From the NCBI GenBank assembly GCA_046313635.1, contig JBKBYA010000001.1, forward strand, positions 556,340 through 620,339: 64,000 nucleotides of DNA, read 5' to 3'. This DNA comes from Pyrinomonadaceae bacterium. Its GTDB lineage: Bacteria > Acidobacteriota > Blastocatellia > Pyrinomonadales > Pyrinomonadaceae. The notes under the pieces were generated by a model. That model had not been told where the DNA came from, did not search any database, and was given only the letters and a program-made list of their open reading frames with translations. Made by a program: the position numbers and the translations under genes. The number at the start of each line of letters is the position of its first letter. Within the stretch, counting starts at the first letter, position 1. This document shows positions 1 through 11,153 of the stretch, piece after piece.

Positions 1-117
1 GAGAGAAGAGAGGAAGGGATGGGAAGTCGGCCCTGGATCCGAGGCCTCTGACTAGGTGCTGAAAATTTGGACATCGTCGAGCGTGCGGTAAAGATCAGGG
101 CGAAGTTTGGAGGTAGC

Positions 118-148
118 AAACCGCCAGGACGCAAGGGAGACGCCGAGG
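118..148 (+). repeat. Left arm of imperfect inverted repeat flanking GxxExxY copy 1
   Basis: aaaccgccaggacgcaagggagacgccgagg is roughly the reverse complement of 587-612. Confidence 0.6.
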
Positions 149-162
149 GGAGAGAGGACGAG

Positions 163-582
163 ATGGAGAGTCTGAGAAATGTGTTCAGCCCCGATCCCGA
201 GGCCGAGCGGCTCGATGCGATCACTGAAAAAGTTATCGGTGCGGCGATCGCGGTTCACCGTGCATTGGGGCCGGGGCTTTTGGAGTCCGCTTACGAGGAA
301 TGTCTCTGTTATGAGCTGAGTGAGACCGGACTTGATCTCAAGCGTCAGGTTGCCCTGCCGGTCGTTTACAAAGGAATAAGACTCGACTGCGGCTACCGGA
401 TGGACATCCTTGTTGAGGACAAGATCGTTGTCGAGGTTAAAGCGGTCGATCGAATAATTCCGGTCCATGAAGCGCAGCTCTTGTCATATTTAAAACTCGG
501 CGGCCGCCCAGTCGGATTATTAATGAACTTCCATGTACCTGTGCTCAAAGACGGGCTCAAACGAATCGTAAACCGCTTTTGA
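163..582 (+). CDS. GxxExxY protein (PD-(D/E)XK nuclease superfamily), copy 1
   Basis: [10 protein letters not shown] motif, [17 protein letters not shown] nuclease core, [11 protein letters not shown] at 163 after GAGGA preferred over the ORF start at 67. Confidence 0.9.
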   Translation: MESLRNVFSPDPEAERLDAITEKVIGAAIAVHRALGPGLLESAYEECLCYELSETGLDLKRQVALPVVYKGIRLDCGYRMDILVEDKIVVEVKAVDRIIPVHEAQLLSYLKLGGRPVGLLMNFHVPVLKDGLKRIVNRF

Positions 583-586
583 TCTT

Positions 587-612
587 CTCGGCGTCTCGGC
601 GTCTCGGCGGTA
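587..612 (+). repeat. Right arm: three 8-nt CTCGGCG(T/G) units just after the GxxExxY stop
   Basis: ctcggcgt ctcggcgt ctcggcgg ta. Confidence 0.75.
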
Positions 613-690
613 GTTCAATTCCCGACCCTTCAAGACGCTAAACGACCGGCTTCGATCCTGATTGTTCCAACCACTTTCGTCGCTGCGCCT

Positions 691-723
691 AATCTTGACC
701 AAAAAGTAATGAATTGAGAGAAT
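691..723 (+). promoter_or_regulatory. Sigma70-type promoter of the Rrf2-suf operon with possible overlapping Rrf2/IscR-like operator
   Basis: TTGACC (695-700), 17-nt spacer, GAGAAT (718-723) preceded by TGn; AATCTTGACCAAAAAGTAATGAATT resembles IscR-type sites. Confidence 0.55.
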
Positions 724-765
724 AAGGCTTCGATCGTCACCTAAATCCGTCGACAGGTGTAGCTT

Positions 766-1251
766 ATGAAAATCTCGGCTCAGGAAGAATACGGGCTTCG
801 CTGCCTCCTGCAACTTGCGAGTCTGAAGGAGGGCGAGAGCTTGACGCTGCCGCAGATAGCGGACAGAGAAGGCATTTCGGCGGCCAATGCGGGCAAGCTG
901 ATGTGGATCTTGAACAAGGCCGGCTTTGTGCAGTCGACACGCGGCACAAAGGGCGGCTACCAGCTTGCGCGGCCGGCGGCCGAGATACGGCTCAACGAGA
1001 TCATAAAGGTGCTCGACGAGGACGTTCTCTCCAAGCACTGCGAGAGCTACACCGGTGTGCTGGAAAAGTGCGTTCACAAGGGCGATTGCGGGATCAGGTC
1101 GGTTATCGTCGGCCTGCACGAGATCGTCGAGCACGCCCTGTCGCAGATCACGCTCGCGCAGATCGTCGGCAACGAGCGTTCGGTCGACGAGATGTTTCAT
1201 TCGATACAGGGCATTCACCGGACGCTGGAGCCGGCGTTCAGCAAGCGGTGA
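766..1251 (+). CDS. Rrf2-family transcriptional regulator (IscR/SufR-like, three Cys)
   Basis: MKIS..EEYGLR start, STRGTKGGYQLARP wing motif, C-x9-C-x5-C; heads the suf operon. Confidence 0.9.
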   Translation: MKISAQEEYGLRCLLQLASLKEGESLTLPQIADREGISAANAGKLMWILNKAGFVQSTRGTKGGYQLARPAAEIRLNEIIKVLDEDVLSKHCESYTGVLEKCVHKGDCGIRSVIVGLHEIVEHALSQITLAQIVGNERSVDEMFHSIQGIHRTLEPAFSKR

Positions 1252-1265
1252 GCGGTCGAGCAGCC

Positions 1266-1308
1266 GGTTCAAAGTCGACTTTGAACCTTGAACTTTGAAC
1301 CTTGAACT
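1266..1308 (+). repeat. 22-bp perfect palindrome plus four TTGAACY heptamers
   Basis: ggttcaaagtcgactttgaacc (1266-1287); ttgaacc ttgaact ttgaacc ttgaact (1281-1308). Confidence 0.85.
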
Positions 1309-1314
1309 AACGCG

Positions 1315-2754
<1,440 letters not shown>

Positions 2755-2849
2755 GTGAATGATCAACCGCCATCAGGACCGAGCACGATAAGACGAATTG
2801 TGCTGTAAACGACTCGATCTACGGCGTGTTCCCTGTATCGAAACCAACG

Positions 2850-3230
2850 ATGAAAGTGATTCAGCCAATCGATCAGCCGAAGCCCAAAGGGCACTATTCG
2901 CCGGCGATCGAGCACGACGGTCTTATCTACGTTTCGGGCCAGCTGCCGATGACGCTCGACACGCGAGAGCCTTTTACCGGCGCGATCGAAGAGCAGACGG
3001 AACTCGCGTTAAGAAATGTCGAGCACGTCCTCAAAGCCGCGGGCAGCGATCTCAGCCGCGTCTTGCAGATGACGATCTACGTCTCCGACATGGAGCTGTG
3101 GGACGCGGTCAACGCCGCGTATGCGCGAGTGCTGGGCGAGCACCGGCCGGCAAGGGCCATCGTGCCGGTCAAGGAGTTGCACTTCGGCACAAAGATCGAG
3201 ATCCAGGCGATCGCGGCGGTAAAGGAATGA
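2850..3230 (+). CDS. RidA/YjgF/UK114 family imine deaminase
   Basis: GHYSPA, IYVSGQLP, HRPARA, KIEIQAIA; start moved to ATG 2850. Confidence 0.9.
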   Translation: MKVIQPIDQPKPKGHYSPAIEHDGLIYVSGQLPMTLDTREPFTGAIEEQTELALRNVEHVLKAAGSDLSRVLQMTIYVSDMELWDAVNAAYARVLGEHRPARAIVPVKELHFGTKIEIQAIAAVKE

Positions 3231-3538
3231 AAGTTTACAGGTCGAGAGATTTTACGGGCGAGTGTGCATGGGCCGCTCTGCCGGTCGCGAATATGAATGG
3301 CGTCACGACGCGCATTCATTGGACCGACGCGCCGTACAAATGGCACGTCAACGACGGCGAAGAGGTCTTTGCGGTGCTCGACGGCAAGGTCGAGATGCGG
3401 TACCGCGAGGATGGCGACGAGAGAACGGTCGAGCTGAATGCGGGCGATGTCTTTTACGCAGACGCCGGCTGCGAGCACGTCGCGCGTCCGGTCGGCGAGG
3501 CGAGAGTACTCGTTATCGAAAAGGAAGGGAGCGTGTAG
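3227..3538 (+). CDS. Cupin-domain protein
   Basis: WHVNDGEEVFAVLDG...GDVFY...EHVARP; ATG 3227 overlaps the RidA stop. Confidence 0.85.
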   Translation: MKVYRSRDFTGECAWAALPVANMNGVTTRIHWTDAPYKWHVNDGEEVFAVLDGKVEMRYREDGDERTVELNAGDVFYADAGCEHVARPVGEARVLVIEKEGSV

Positions 3539-3540
3539 CG

Positions 3541-4356
3541 ATGGGTCTGACGATGTTTCAGGTGGACGCGTTCGCGACCGAGCCGTTCAAAGGAAATCCG
3601 GCGGCGGTCGTTCCTCTCGAGGGCGACTTTTTGCCGGCGGACGTAATGCTGAATATCGCGGCCGAGAACAATCTGGCCGAGACGGCGTTCTTTGTCCGGC
3701 GCGGCGAGGGGCAGTACGACCTCAAGTGGTTCACGCCGACGGTCGAGATGGACCTGTGCGGTCACGCGACGCTTGCGTCGGCGTTTGTGCTGTACGAGCG
3801 GCTCGGCGAGACGGCCGATATTCTGCGCTTTCAGACGCGGAGCGGCGAGCTGACGGTCGAGCGGCAGGGCGATCTGCTCATGCTCGACTTTCCGTCGCGG
3901 CAGCCCGTCGCGTGCGAGGCGCCGGAGGGTCTGATCGACGCGATCGGCCGCGAGCCGAAAGAGATCTATCGTTCGCGTGATTATCTGATGGTTTACGAGA
4001 CCGAGGACGACGTCCGCGCGATCAAGCCGAATTTTATGGCGCTGCTCGACATCCCGACGCACGCGGTGATCGTCACCGCGCCGGGCAGTGACTGCGACTT
4101 CGTTTCGCGCTTCTTTGCTCCCGAGGTCGGTGTGCCGGAGGATCCTGTGACCGGCTCGGCGCACTGCACGCTCATCCCGTACTGGGCCGAGCGGCTCGGT
4201 AAGACCGAGCTTTATGCCCGTCAAATATCGGCACGCGGCGGCGAACTCGTTTGCGAGCTGCGCGGCGAACGCGTCAGGATCGGCGGCCGCGCGACGCTGT
4301 TTATGACAGCCGAAATCTATATCGGAGAAATATCAAAAAATGCTGTTGGAAGTTAA
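3541..4356 (+). CDS. PhzF-family epimerase/isomerase
   Basis: [32 protein letters not shown]. Confidence 0.93.
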   Translation: MGLTMFQVDAFATEPFKGNPAAVVPLEGDFLPADVMLNIAAENNLAETAFFVRRGEGQYDLKWFTPTVEMDLCGHATLASAFVLYERLGETADILRFQTRSGELTVERQGDLLMLDFPSRQPVACEAPEGLIDAIGREPKEIYRSRDYLMVYETEDDVRAIKPNFMALLDIPTHAVIVTAPGSDCDFVSRFFAPEVGVPEDPVTGSAHCTLIPYWAERLGKTELYARQISARGGELVCELRGERVRIGGRATLFMTAEIYIGEISKNAVGS

Positions 4357-5098
4357 AGATCTGCACGCCGGCATCGAGGGCAAAGAGATCCTCAAAGGCC
4401 TCAACCTGCGTGTTAACAAGGGCGAGGTGCACGCCATCATGGGCCCGAACGGCTCGGGCAAATCGACATTGTCGAAAGTGCTCGCCGGACATCCGTCGTA
4501 CGAGGTGATCTCGGGCGAAGTGCTGTTTGACGGCAAGGACCTGCTCGAGCTCGAGCCTGACGAGCGCGCACGCGAGGGCGTCTTTATGGCGTTCCAATAT
4601 CCGGTCGAGGTGCCCGGCGTCTCGAATTCGCAGTTTCTGCGGCTCGCATACAACGAGAAGATGAAGCATCTCGGTCAGGAGGAGCTCGACCCGCTCGAAT
4701 TCAACGACTATCTCAAAGAAAAGGCTAAGGTCGTCGAGATGGACCCGCAGTTCTTTAAGCGTTCGGTCAACGAAGGTTTCTCCGGCGGCGAAAAGAAGCG
4801 CAACGAGATACTGCAGATGGCGGTGCTCGAGCCAAAGCTCGCGATCCTCGACGAGACCGATTCCGGGCTCGACATCGACGCTCTGCGGATCGTCGCCGAG
4901 GGCGTCAATAAGCTTCGCTCGAGCGAGAACGCGATCATTCTCGTGACGCACTACCAGCGGCTTTTGAACTACATCGAGCCTGATCATGTCCACGTGCTCG
5001 CCGGCGGAAAGATCGTCAAAGAGGGCGGCAAGGAGCTCGCGCTCGAGCTCGAAGAGAAGGGCTACGACTGGGTCAAGGCGGCAGATCAATCAAAGTAG
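4340..5098 (+). CDS. sufC: Fe-S cluster assembly ATPase SufC
   Basis: [43 protein letters not shown]. Confidence 0.98.
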   Translation: MLLEVKDLHAGIEGKEILKGLNLRVNKGEVHAIMGPNGSGKSTLSKVLAGHPSYEVISGEVLFDGKDLLELEPDERAREGVFMAFQYPVEVPGVSNSQFLRLAYNEKMKHLGQEELDPLEFNDYLKEKAKVVEMDPQFFKRSVNEGFSGGEKKRNEILQMAVLEPKLAILDETDSGLDIDALRIVAEGVNKLRSSENAIILVTHYQRLLNYIEPDHVHVLAGGKIVKEGGKELALELEEKGYDWVKAADQSK

Positions 5099-5106
5099 GA
5101 GCCGTG

Positions 5107-5454
5107 ATGGAAACAAACGAACTGGCGCGACAGGTCTTCGCGATCGACAGCAAGGTCCGGTATGTCGCGATCTACGACAACGGCGAGCTCTCGCTCAACC
5201 AGCGTGAGGGCATCGCCGATGCGAGCTCGAGCGAATCGGACAAGTACGAGGAGCTGATCGTCAATCCGACGATACTCAAGATCGCGACGCAGCGCGGCAA
5301 TATCGACTGCGGCGGTCTCGAGTATTACGTGATCAAGTACGGCAGCTTTTACCTGATCTCGATACCGACCGCCGGCGGTCACGTCTCGGTAGGCGTCGAG
5401 AACGACGGCGACCCCGTCGCGATCGCCGCGAGCGTACGTGAACTGCTCGGATAA
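5107..5454 (+). CDS. Hypothetical protein, possibly roadblock/profilin-like fold
   Basis: AGGAG RBS immediately after sufC; coding-like composition; fold is a guess. Confidence 0.7.
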   Translation: METNELARQVFAIDSKVRYVAIYDNGELSLNQREGIADASSSESDKYEELIVNPTILKIATQRGNIDCGGLEYYVIKYGSFYLISIPTAGGHVSVGVENDGDPVAIAASVRELLG

Positions 5455-5487
5455 GCGCCTGCGTCGTTCTGCGGTTTGCAAAGAAGC

Positions 5488-7617
5488 GTGACGAGTTCCG
5501 AAACCAAAAAAGCTGATGGCGGACCGACGGTGATGATCGCGGCGGCGGCCTGGGCCGTCATTCTGCTTGCCGCGTTTTTGGCAAACCGCGGGAGCGATGT
5601 CGGTAAGCTCTCGTCGCTTGCTCGCGGTCTCGGCGGCGGGCCGCTTTTTGGCGAGGAGTTCTTTGACGGTCTTGTCGGCTTGGTCGCGGCGTGTCTTGTA
5701 CTGCAGGCGTGGATCGGCTTGGGTCGTGTGGTCGGGCTGCTCGTTCCTGATATCGCCGCCGCCGCGCAAGAACGCTCTCTGTTCTTGAAGCTTGCGATAG
5801 ATGCCGCGATCGGCGCGGCGCTGTGGTCGCTGGTGTGGTTCTTTCTGGGCCTGCTTGGACTCTATTCGGCGGCGGCAGCGATCGCTGCGACATTGGCCGG
5901 GAATGTGCTGCTCTTCGTCACCCTGCGGCGAGAGCATAAAACAAGGCGAGCAGATCTGCGGCTCGGCGAGGTCAGCTCATTTCAGCGGCTGCTTGTCGCA
6001 ATGATCGCTCTGCCTTTGCTTTTAACGCTCGTTGCAGCGCTCGCTCCGCCGATCGCCAAGGACACGCTGCTGTATCACTACGCGCTGCCCAAGGCGTACA
6101 TCGCGCAGCATTCGAACGCCATTGTCGAGGGCAATATCGCGAGCTACCTGCCGCTCGGCGGCGAGATGCATTTTGTCTGGGCGATGCTCGTCGGCGGACT
6201 CTTTAGCGATCGAGCCGCCGAGGCTGCAGCGGGCGGCGTGAGCTTTTGGTTCTTTGCAATTGTGATCTGCGCGGTCTACGGCTGGTGCCGCTCGATCGCA
6301 CTCGGTCGAAGCTGGTCGCTGATCGCAGCGCTCGCGGTCGCTTCGATACCGACGGCGTATCACGTCGCGGCGAGCGGCTACATCGACGTCGCTCTCGCGC
6401 TGAATGTGACGCTGGCCGTTTTTGCGATCAGCCGATGGTGGCGCGAGCCGAAAGCCGGCTGGCTCGTGCTCGTCGCGATCTTTCTCTCGGCGGCTCTCGC
6501 GATGAAGCTGACGAGCATCTTCATCGTCGCCGCGTTTGCGCTCATCGTGCTGATCCGTGCGCGAAAGGCGAAAGAGGAGTCGGCCGACGCCGGCCGCTTG
6601 CTCGCATTCGGCCTCGGCGCTTTGATCGCCGCGGGCCTGCTCGCGTCGCCGTGGTACTTGCGGACGTGGAAAGAAACGGGCAGTCCGGTCTTCCCGTTCT
6701 ACATGAGCATCTGGAAGGGCACGGCGCCGGGCTGGGATGTCGAGCGGTCAGATCTCTTTCAGGCAATGAACTCGCAGTACGGCGGCGAGAACAAAACGGC
6801 CGCTGATTTTTTGCTATCGCCTTTGAACGTCTCGGTCACGGCGCAGCCCGAGTATCCGCAGCACTTCGACGGCGTGATCGGCGTGGCGTTTTTGTTCGGG
6901 CTGCCGCTTTTGATATTTGCTCTTTGGAAATTTGAGGTCGCGATCGACGTCAAGATCGCCGTGGTGGTCGCGGGCGTAACGTTCTTGTTTTGGCTCTCGT
7001 CGAGCCAGCAGCTTCGGTACCTGCTGCCGGTCCTGCCGGCACTCGCCGTCGCGATCGTCGCGGCATCAGACGTCGTTTCGCAGCGGGCCGCGCAGTTGAG
7101 GTCGATCGCGCATATCGCTCTTGTCGCGGCGTCGGCGGCCGGCATTTTGACGATCGCGGCGTGGTTCCTGAAGATCGCCCCGCTGCGTGTCGTGCTCGGC
7201 GGCGAGACGCGTGACGCGTATCTCGCTCGCAATCTCGACTATTACCATTACTACCAGTGGCTCAATAGCGAGACCGGCACGGGCGACAAGGTGTGGCTCA
7301 TCAATATGCGGCGCGATACGTATCATCTCGACCGGCCGGCCGTGTCCGATTATCTATTCGAAGACTGGACGCTGCGGCAGATGGTCTGGGAGTCGAGAAG
7401 CCTCCCGGAGCTGCGAGCAAAAGCAGCGTCGATGGGAGTTAGGTACGTTCTCGCTCGTCACGACTTTTTGTTCGACTACGACCGCTCGACATTGGTGGAC
7501 GACAAGCGGCCGCGGGCCGAGAACGAAGCAAAATTAAAGATGTCTCGCGATTTTATTTTGGACACGCAGCGGACGGTCAAGGCGGACGACAGATTTAGTT
7601 TGATAAGGGTCTTTTAA
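5488..7617 (+). CDS. Polytopic membrane protein, GT-C/ArnT-like glycosyltransferase
   Basis: Many TM segments; D-x-L-L-YH-x-x-LP and RYLLP motifs typical of GT-C-like proteins; start uncertain. Confidence 0.65.
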   Translation: MTSSETKKADGGPTVMIAAAAWAVILLAAFLANRGSDVGKLSSLARGLGGGPLFGEEFFDGLVGLVAACLVLQAWIGLGRVVGLLVPDIAAAAQERSLFLKLAIDAAIGAALWSLVWFFLGLLGLYSAAAAIAATLAGNVLLFVTLRREHKTRRADLRLGEVSSFQRLLVAMIALPLLLTLVAALAPPIAKDTLLYHYALPKAYIAQHSNAIVEGNIASYLPLGGEMHFVWAMLVGGLFSDRAAEAAAGGVSFWFFAIVICAVYGWCRSIALGRSWSLIAALAVASIPTAYHVAASGYIDVALALNVTLAVFAISRWWREPKAGWLVLVAIFLSAALAMKLTSIFIVAAFALIVLIRARKAKEESADAGRLLAFGLGALIAAGLLASPWYLRTWKETGSPVFPFYMSIWKGTAPGWDVERSDLFQAMNSQYGGENKTAADFLLSPLNVSVTAQPEYPQHFDGVIGVAFLFGLPLLIFALWKFEVAIDVKIAVVVAGVTFLFWLSSSQQLRYLLPVLPALAVAIVAASDVVSQRAAQLRSIAHIALVAASAAGILTIAAWFLKIAPLRVVLGGETRDAYLARNLDYYHYYQWLNSETGTGDKVWLINMRRDTYHLDRPAVSDYLFEDWTLRQMVWESRSLPELRAKAASMGVRYVLARHDFLFDYDRSTLVDDKRPRAENEAKLKMSRDFILDTQRTVKADDRFSLIRVF

Positions 7618-7621
7618 GAAA

Positions 7622-8773
7622 ATGGTTTTATCGACAGCAGTAATGGAAACGAATTTTAGCGACGAATTTCGCCGGCTCATCGAGAGAGAAGCGAACTCCG
7701 ATCTGCGCGGGCTGCGTGAACGGGCGTTCGCGTATTTTGTCGAGCACGGTTTTCCCTCCGTCAAGAACGAGAACTGGAAGTATACGAATGTCGCACCCAT
7801 CGCCGCCGAGAGTTGGCGGGTCGCGGACGAGTCGGTAGCGGCGGCGGGCGACGTCTCTGGAGCCGAAGGTCTGCTTGGTAAATTCGATTTCGAGCGAAAT
7901 GGTTTTACCGCGCTCAACCTCGCGTTTGCAGATGTTTCGATAATACGGATCGCGAAAGACACGTCGCTCGCCGAGCCGATCGAGTTGAATTTTGCCGCGG
8001 CCGACGGCACGGCGATCTTCCCGCACGTCGTCGTCATCGCCGAGCGCGGCTGCAAGGCGACGATCGTCGAAACTTACGCGAGCGAGGCAAAAGGATTTAC
8101 TGACGCCGCCGTGCAGATCTTTGTCGAGGACGACGCGAGCGTCACGCATTATCGTGTGCAAAAAGATTCGGCCGAGGCGTTTCATGTCGGCACGACCGAG
8201 GTCACTTTGGGCCGCGGCAGTTACTACAACTCGACGAACATAAACCTGGGCGCCGCGATCTCGCGGCACGACGTGGACCTTAAATTCACTGCTGAGGGAG
8301 CCGAGGCGTTTGTCGACGGGCTCTATATGGTCAACGGCACGCAGCACGCCGACACGCATTCGGTGATCGATCATCTCGTGCCGCACTGCACTTCGCATCA
8401 GACGTATCGCGGCGTGCTCAACGACAGATCGCGGGCGGTCTTTAACGGCATCGTTTACGTTCGCGAGAATGCGCGCGGCACCGACGCCGAGCAGTCGAAC
8501 AAGAACCTTCTGCTCTCGAACGAAGCTCGTGTGGACACAAAGCCGCAGCTCGAGATATTCAACGACGACGTCAAATGCTCGCACGGCGCGACCGTCGGCC
8601 AGCTCGAGGAAGAGGAACTCTTTTACCTGCTCGCTCGCGGCCTCCCCGCGACGCTCGCGAGAAACCTCTTGACCTACGGCTTTGCCGAGGAGGTCATCAA
8701 CAAGATCGAGATCGAGTCGATCAAGAACGAACTCGACGCGGCCGTGCTGAACAGACTCAACGCGGAGATCTGA
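7622..8773 (+). CDS. sufD: Fe-S cluster assembly protein SufD
   Basis: ENWKYT, VDTKPQLEIFNDDVKCSHGATVGQL, LFYLLARGL. Confidence 0.96.
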   Translation: MVLSTAVMETNFSDEFRRLIEREANSDLRGLRERAFAYFVEHGFPSVKNENWKYTNVAPIAAESWRVADESVAAAGDVSGAEGLLGKFDFERNGFTALNLAFADVSIIRIAKDTSLAEPIELNFAAADGTAIFPHVVVIAERGCKATIVETYASEAKGFTDAAVQIFVEDDASVTHYRVQKDSAEAFHVGTTEVTLGRGSYYNSTNINLGAAISRHDVDLKFTAEGAEAFVDGLYMVNGTQHADTHSVIDHLVPHCTSHQTYRGVLNDRSRAVFNGIVYVRENARGTDAEQSNKNLLLSNEARVDTKPQLEIFNDDVKCSHGATVGQLEEEELFYLLARGLPATLARNLLTYGFAEEVINKIEIESIKNELDAAVLNRLNAEI

Positions 8774-9418
8774 AAGCACAGAGAGCACAGAGTGCATTGA
8801 GGATGGGGGTGGAGATGTGAGAGCACAGAGAGCACAGAGATATTTGAATGGATGAGATAGCCGAGACAGTCAACATCTTGGGATATGTCCTCCGTCAAAC
8901 TGACTCTGTGCGCTCCGTGTCCTCTGTGGTGATCGAACGACGAATGAATTGAGGATGGGGGTGGAGATGTGAAACCACAGAGAGCACAGAGTGCACAGGG
9001 ATTTTTCGATGGGGTTGAACGAAACAATCAAGGCCTTTATAAGCTGCGGGATAAAGTTCCTATCAATTAACTCTGTGCACTCTGTGTCCTCTGTGGTGAA
9101 CGAACGACGAATGAATTGAGGATGGGGGTGGAGATATGAAACCACAGAGAGCACAGAGTGCACTGAGATGTTTGGATGGGGTTGAACGAAGCAATCAAGG
9201 CCTTTGTAAGCTGCAGGATAAAGTTCCTATCAATTAACTCTGTGCGCTCCGTGTCCTCTGTGGTGATCGAACGACGAATGAATTGAGGATGGGGGTGGAG
9301 ATATGAAACCACAGAGAGCACAGAGATATTTGAATGGATGAGATAGCCGAGACAGTCAACATCTTGGGATATGTCCTCCGTCAAATTGAGTTTGTGCACT
9401 CTGTGTCCACTGTGGTGA
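8774..9418 (+). repeat. Tandem array of four hairpin mini-units (A-B-B'-A'), about 152-167 bp period
   Basis: Left arm CACAGAGAGCACAGAG, 64-70 nt core, right arm CTCTGTGCRCTCYGTGTCCTCTGTGGTGA, linker containing GAATTGAGGATGGGGGTGGAGAT; units start at about 8821, 8973, 9140 and 9307. Confidence 0.92.
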
Positions 9419-9483
9419 TGCCCCAACAAAGGAATTGAGGATCGATGCGGGTTGTCGATCGCGGCGAGCATGGAGCTATTTGA

Positions 9484-9855
9484 ATGGAGTTGAATGATAT
9501 AACCGAAACGATCATCGGCTGTGGGATCAAGGTCCATTCAGCGTTGGGGCCTGGGCTGCTCGAGAGCACATACGAGATCTGTCTTAGTCATGAACTGTCT
9601 AAGAAAGGGCTTCGGGCCGCGTGCCAAGTACCTTTGCCGGTTGTCTACGACGGCGTGCGGCTCGATGCCGGGTACCGAGTAGATCTACTGGTCGAGGACG
9701 CCGTGATCGTCGAGATCAAAGCGGTCGAGCGGCTGCTGCCTATCCATGAGGCCCAAGTGATCTCTTACCTGAAACTCAGCGGCAAAAAGGTCGGACTGCT
9801 AATGAACTTTAACGTAAAACTTTTGCGTGACGGCATACGGAGGCTGGCAAACTGA
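9484..9855 (+). CDS. GxxExxY protein, copy 2
   Basis: [36 protein letters not shown]. Confidence 0.93.
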   Translation: MELNDITETIIGCGIKVHSALGPGLLESTYEICLSHELSKKGLRAACQVPLPVVYDGVRLDAGYRVDLLVEDAVIVEIKAVERLLPIHEAQVISYLKLSGKKVGLLMNFNVKLLRDGIRRLAN

Positions 9856-9883
9856 CTCGGTGCCCTCTGTGTGCTCGGTGGTA
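9856..9883 (+). repeat. Right arm after GxxExxY copy 2
   Basis: ctcggtgccctctgtgtgctcggtggta, homologous to the array right arms and starting directly at the stop codon. Confidence 0.85.
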
Positions 9884-9892
9884 AATAAAAAA

Positions 9893-11134
9893 ATGAAGGC
9901 AATACAAGAATCGAGCATCTTCGACGTCGACCGGATCAGGGAAGATTTTCCGGTGCTCAAGCAAACGGTCAACGGCAAGCCGCTGGTGTATCTCGATAAC
10001 GCTGCGTCGTCGCAGGTGCCGCAGGTCGTGATCGACCGCGGTTCGAAATATCTGCGCGAGGAGCACTCCAACGTTCACCGCGGCGTGCACTATCTCTCGC
10101 AGACGGCGACGACCGCCTACGAGGCCGCGCGCGAAAAGGTCAAACGGTTTATCAATGCAAAGGAAGCGGCGGAGTGCATTTTTGTCCGCGGCTGCACCGA
10201 GGGCGTGAATCTGGTCGCGTCGTCATTCGGGCGAAAGTTCATCAGCGAGGGCGACGAGATACTCATCTCGCAGATGGAGCACCACTCAAACATCCTGCCG
10301 TGGCAGATGGCCGCCGACGAGCGCGGGGCAAAGCTCCGCGTCATCCCGATGAATGAGCGCGGCGAGCTGATCATCGACGAGTACGAAAATCTGCTCAACG
10401 AGAGGACAAAGATCGTCGCCGTCGCGCACGTCTCAAACAGTCTCGGCACGATCAACCCGATCAAGCAGATGGTCGCGACCGCGCACAAGTTCGGCGTGCC
10501 GGTCTTTGTCGACGGGGCGCAGAGCGTGCCGCACTTTCCGGTCGACGTGCAGGATCTCGACTGCGATTTCTTTACGTTCTCCGGTCACAAGATGTACGCG
10601 CCCACCGGCAGCGGCGTCGTTTACGGCAAGCGCGAATGGCTCGACAAGATGCCGCCCTACCAGACCGGCGGCGGGATGATCCGAACGGTGAGCTTTGAAA
10701 GGTCGACCTTTGCGCCGATACCCGAAAAGTTCGAGGCCGGCACGCCCGCGATCGCCGCAAACATCGGTCTCGGCGCGGCGATCGATTATCTGAATTCGAT
10801 CGACTTTGCCGCCGCGGCCGCACATGAGCACGAGCTGCTCGAGTACGCGACCGAGCGATTGGCCGACATTCCGGGCGTGCGGATCATCGGCACGGCCGCC
10901 CAGAAGGCCTCGGTGCTTTCGTTCGAGATCGAGGGCGTCCACCCGCACGACATCGGCACGATCCTCGACCAAGAGGGCATCGCGATCCGCGCCGGCCACC
11001 ATTGCGCTCAGCCTGTGATGCAGTTCTTCGACGTGCCGGCGACGGCCCGCGCGAGCTTTGCCTTTTACAATACGAAAGAAGAGGTCGATAAGCTCGCCGA
11101 TTCTATCCAGAAGGTGATCGACGTCTTCGCCTAG
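9893..11134 (+). CDS. sufS: Cysteine desulfurase SufS
   Basis: LVYLDNAAS, HSNVHRG, FSGHKMYAPTG (PLP Lys), IRAGHHCAQP; ATG 9893. Confidence 0.97.
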   Translation: MKAIQESSIFDVDRIREDFPVLKQTVNGKPLVYLDNAASSQVPQVVIDRGSKYLREEHSNVHRGVHYLSQTATTAYEAAREKVKRFINAKEAAECIFVRGCTEGVNLVASSFGRKFISEGDEILISQMEHHSNILPWQMAADERGAKLRVIPMNERGELIIDEYENLLNERTKIVAVAHVSNSLGTINPIKQMVATAHKFGVPVFVDGAQSVPHFPVDVQDLDCDFFTFSGHKMYAPTGSGVVYGKREWLDKMPPYQTGGGMIRTVSFERSTFAPIPEKFEAGTPAIAANIGLGAAIDYLNSIDFAAAAAHEHELLEYATERLADIPGVRIIGTAAQKASVLSFEIEGVHPHDIGTILDQEGIAIRAGHHCAQPVMQFFDVPATARASFAFYNTKEEVDKLADSIQKVIDVFA

Positions 11135-11153
11135 TGCTTTCTTATCCAACGCA

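Noticed and set aside
8774..9418. CRISPR array
   Set aside because: Constant parts are about 100 nt, cores come in two repeated types derived from the adjacent gene, and no cas genes are in the window.
8674..9569. Minus-strand ORFs across the repeat array (117, 97, 156 and 62 aa)
   Set aside because: They are translations of the repeat arms (SVLSV, TTEDTE) with no independent coding evidence.
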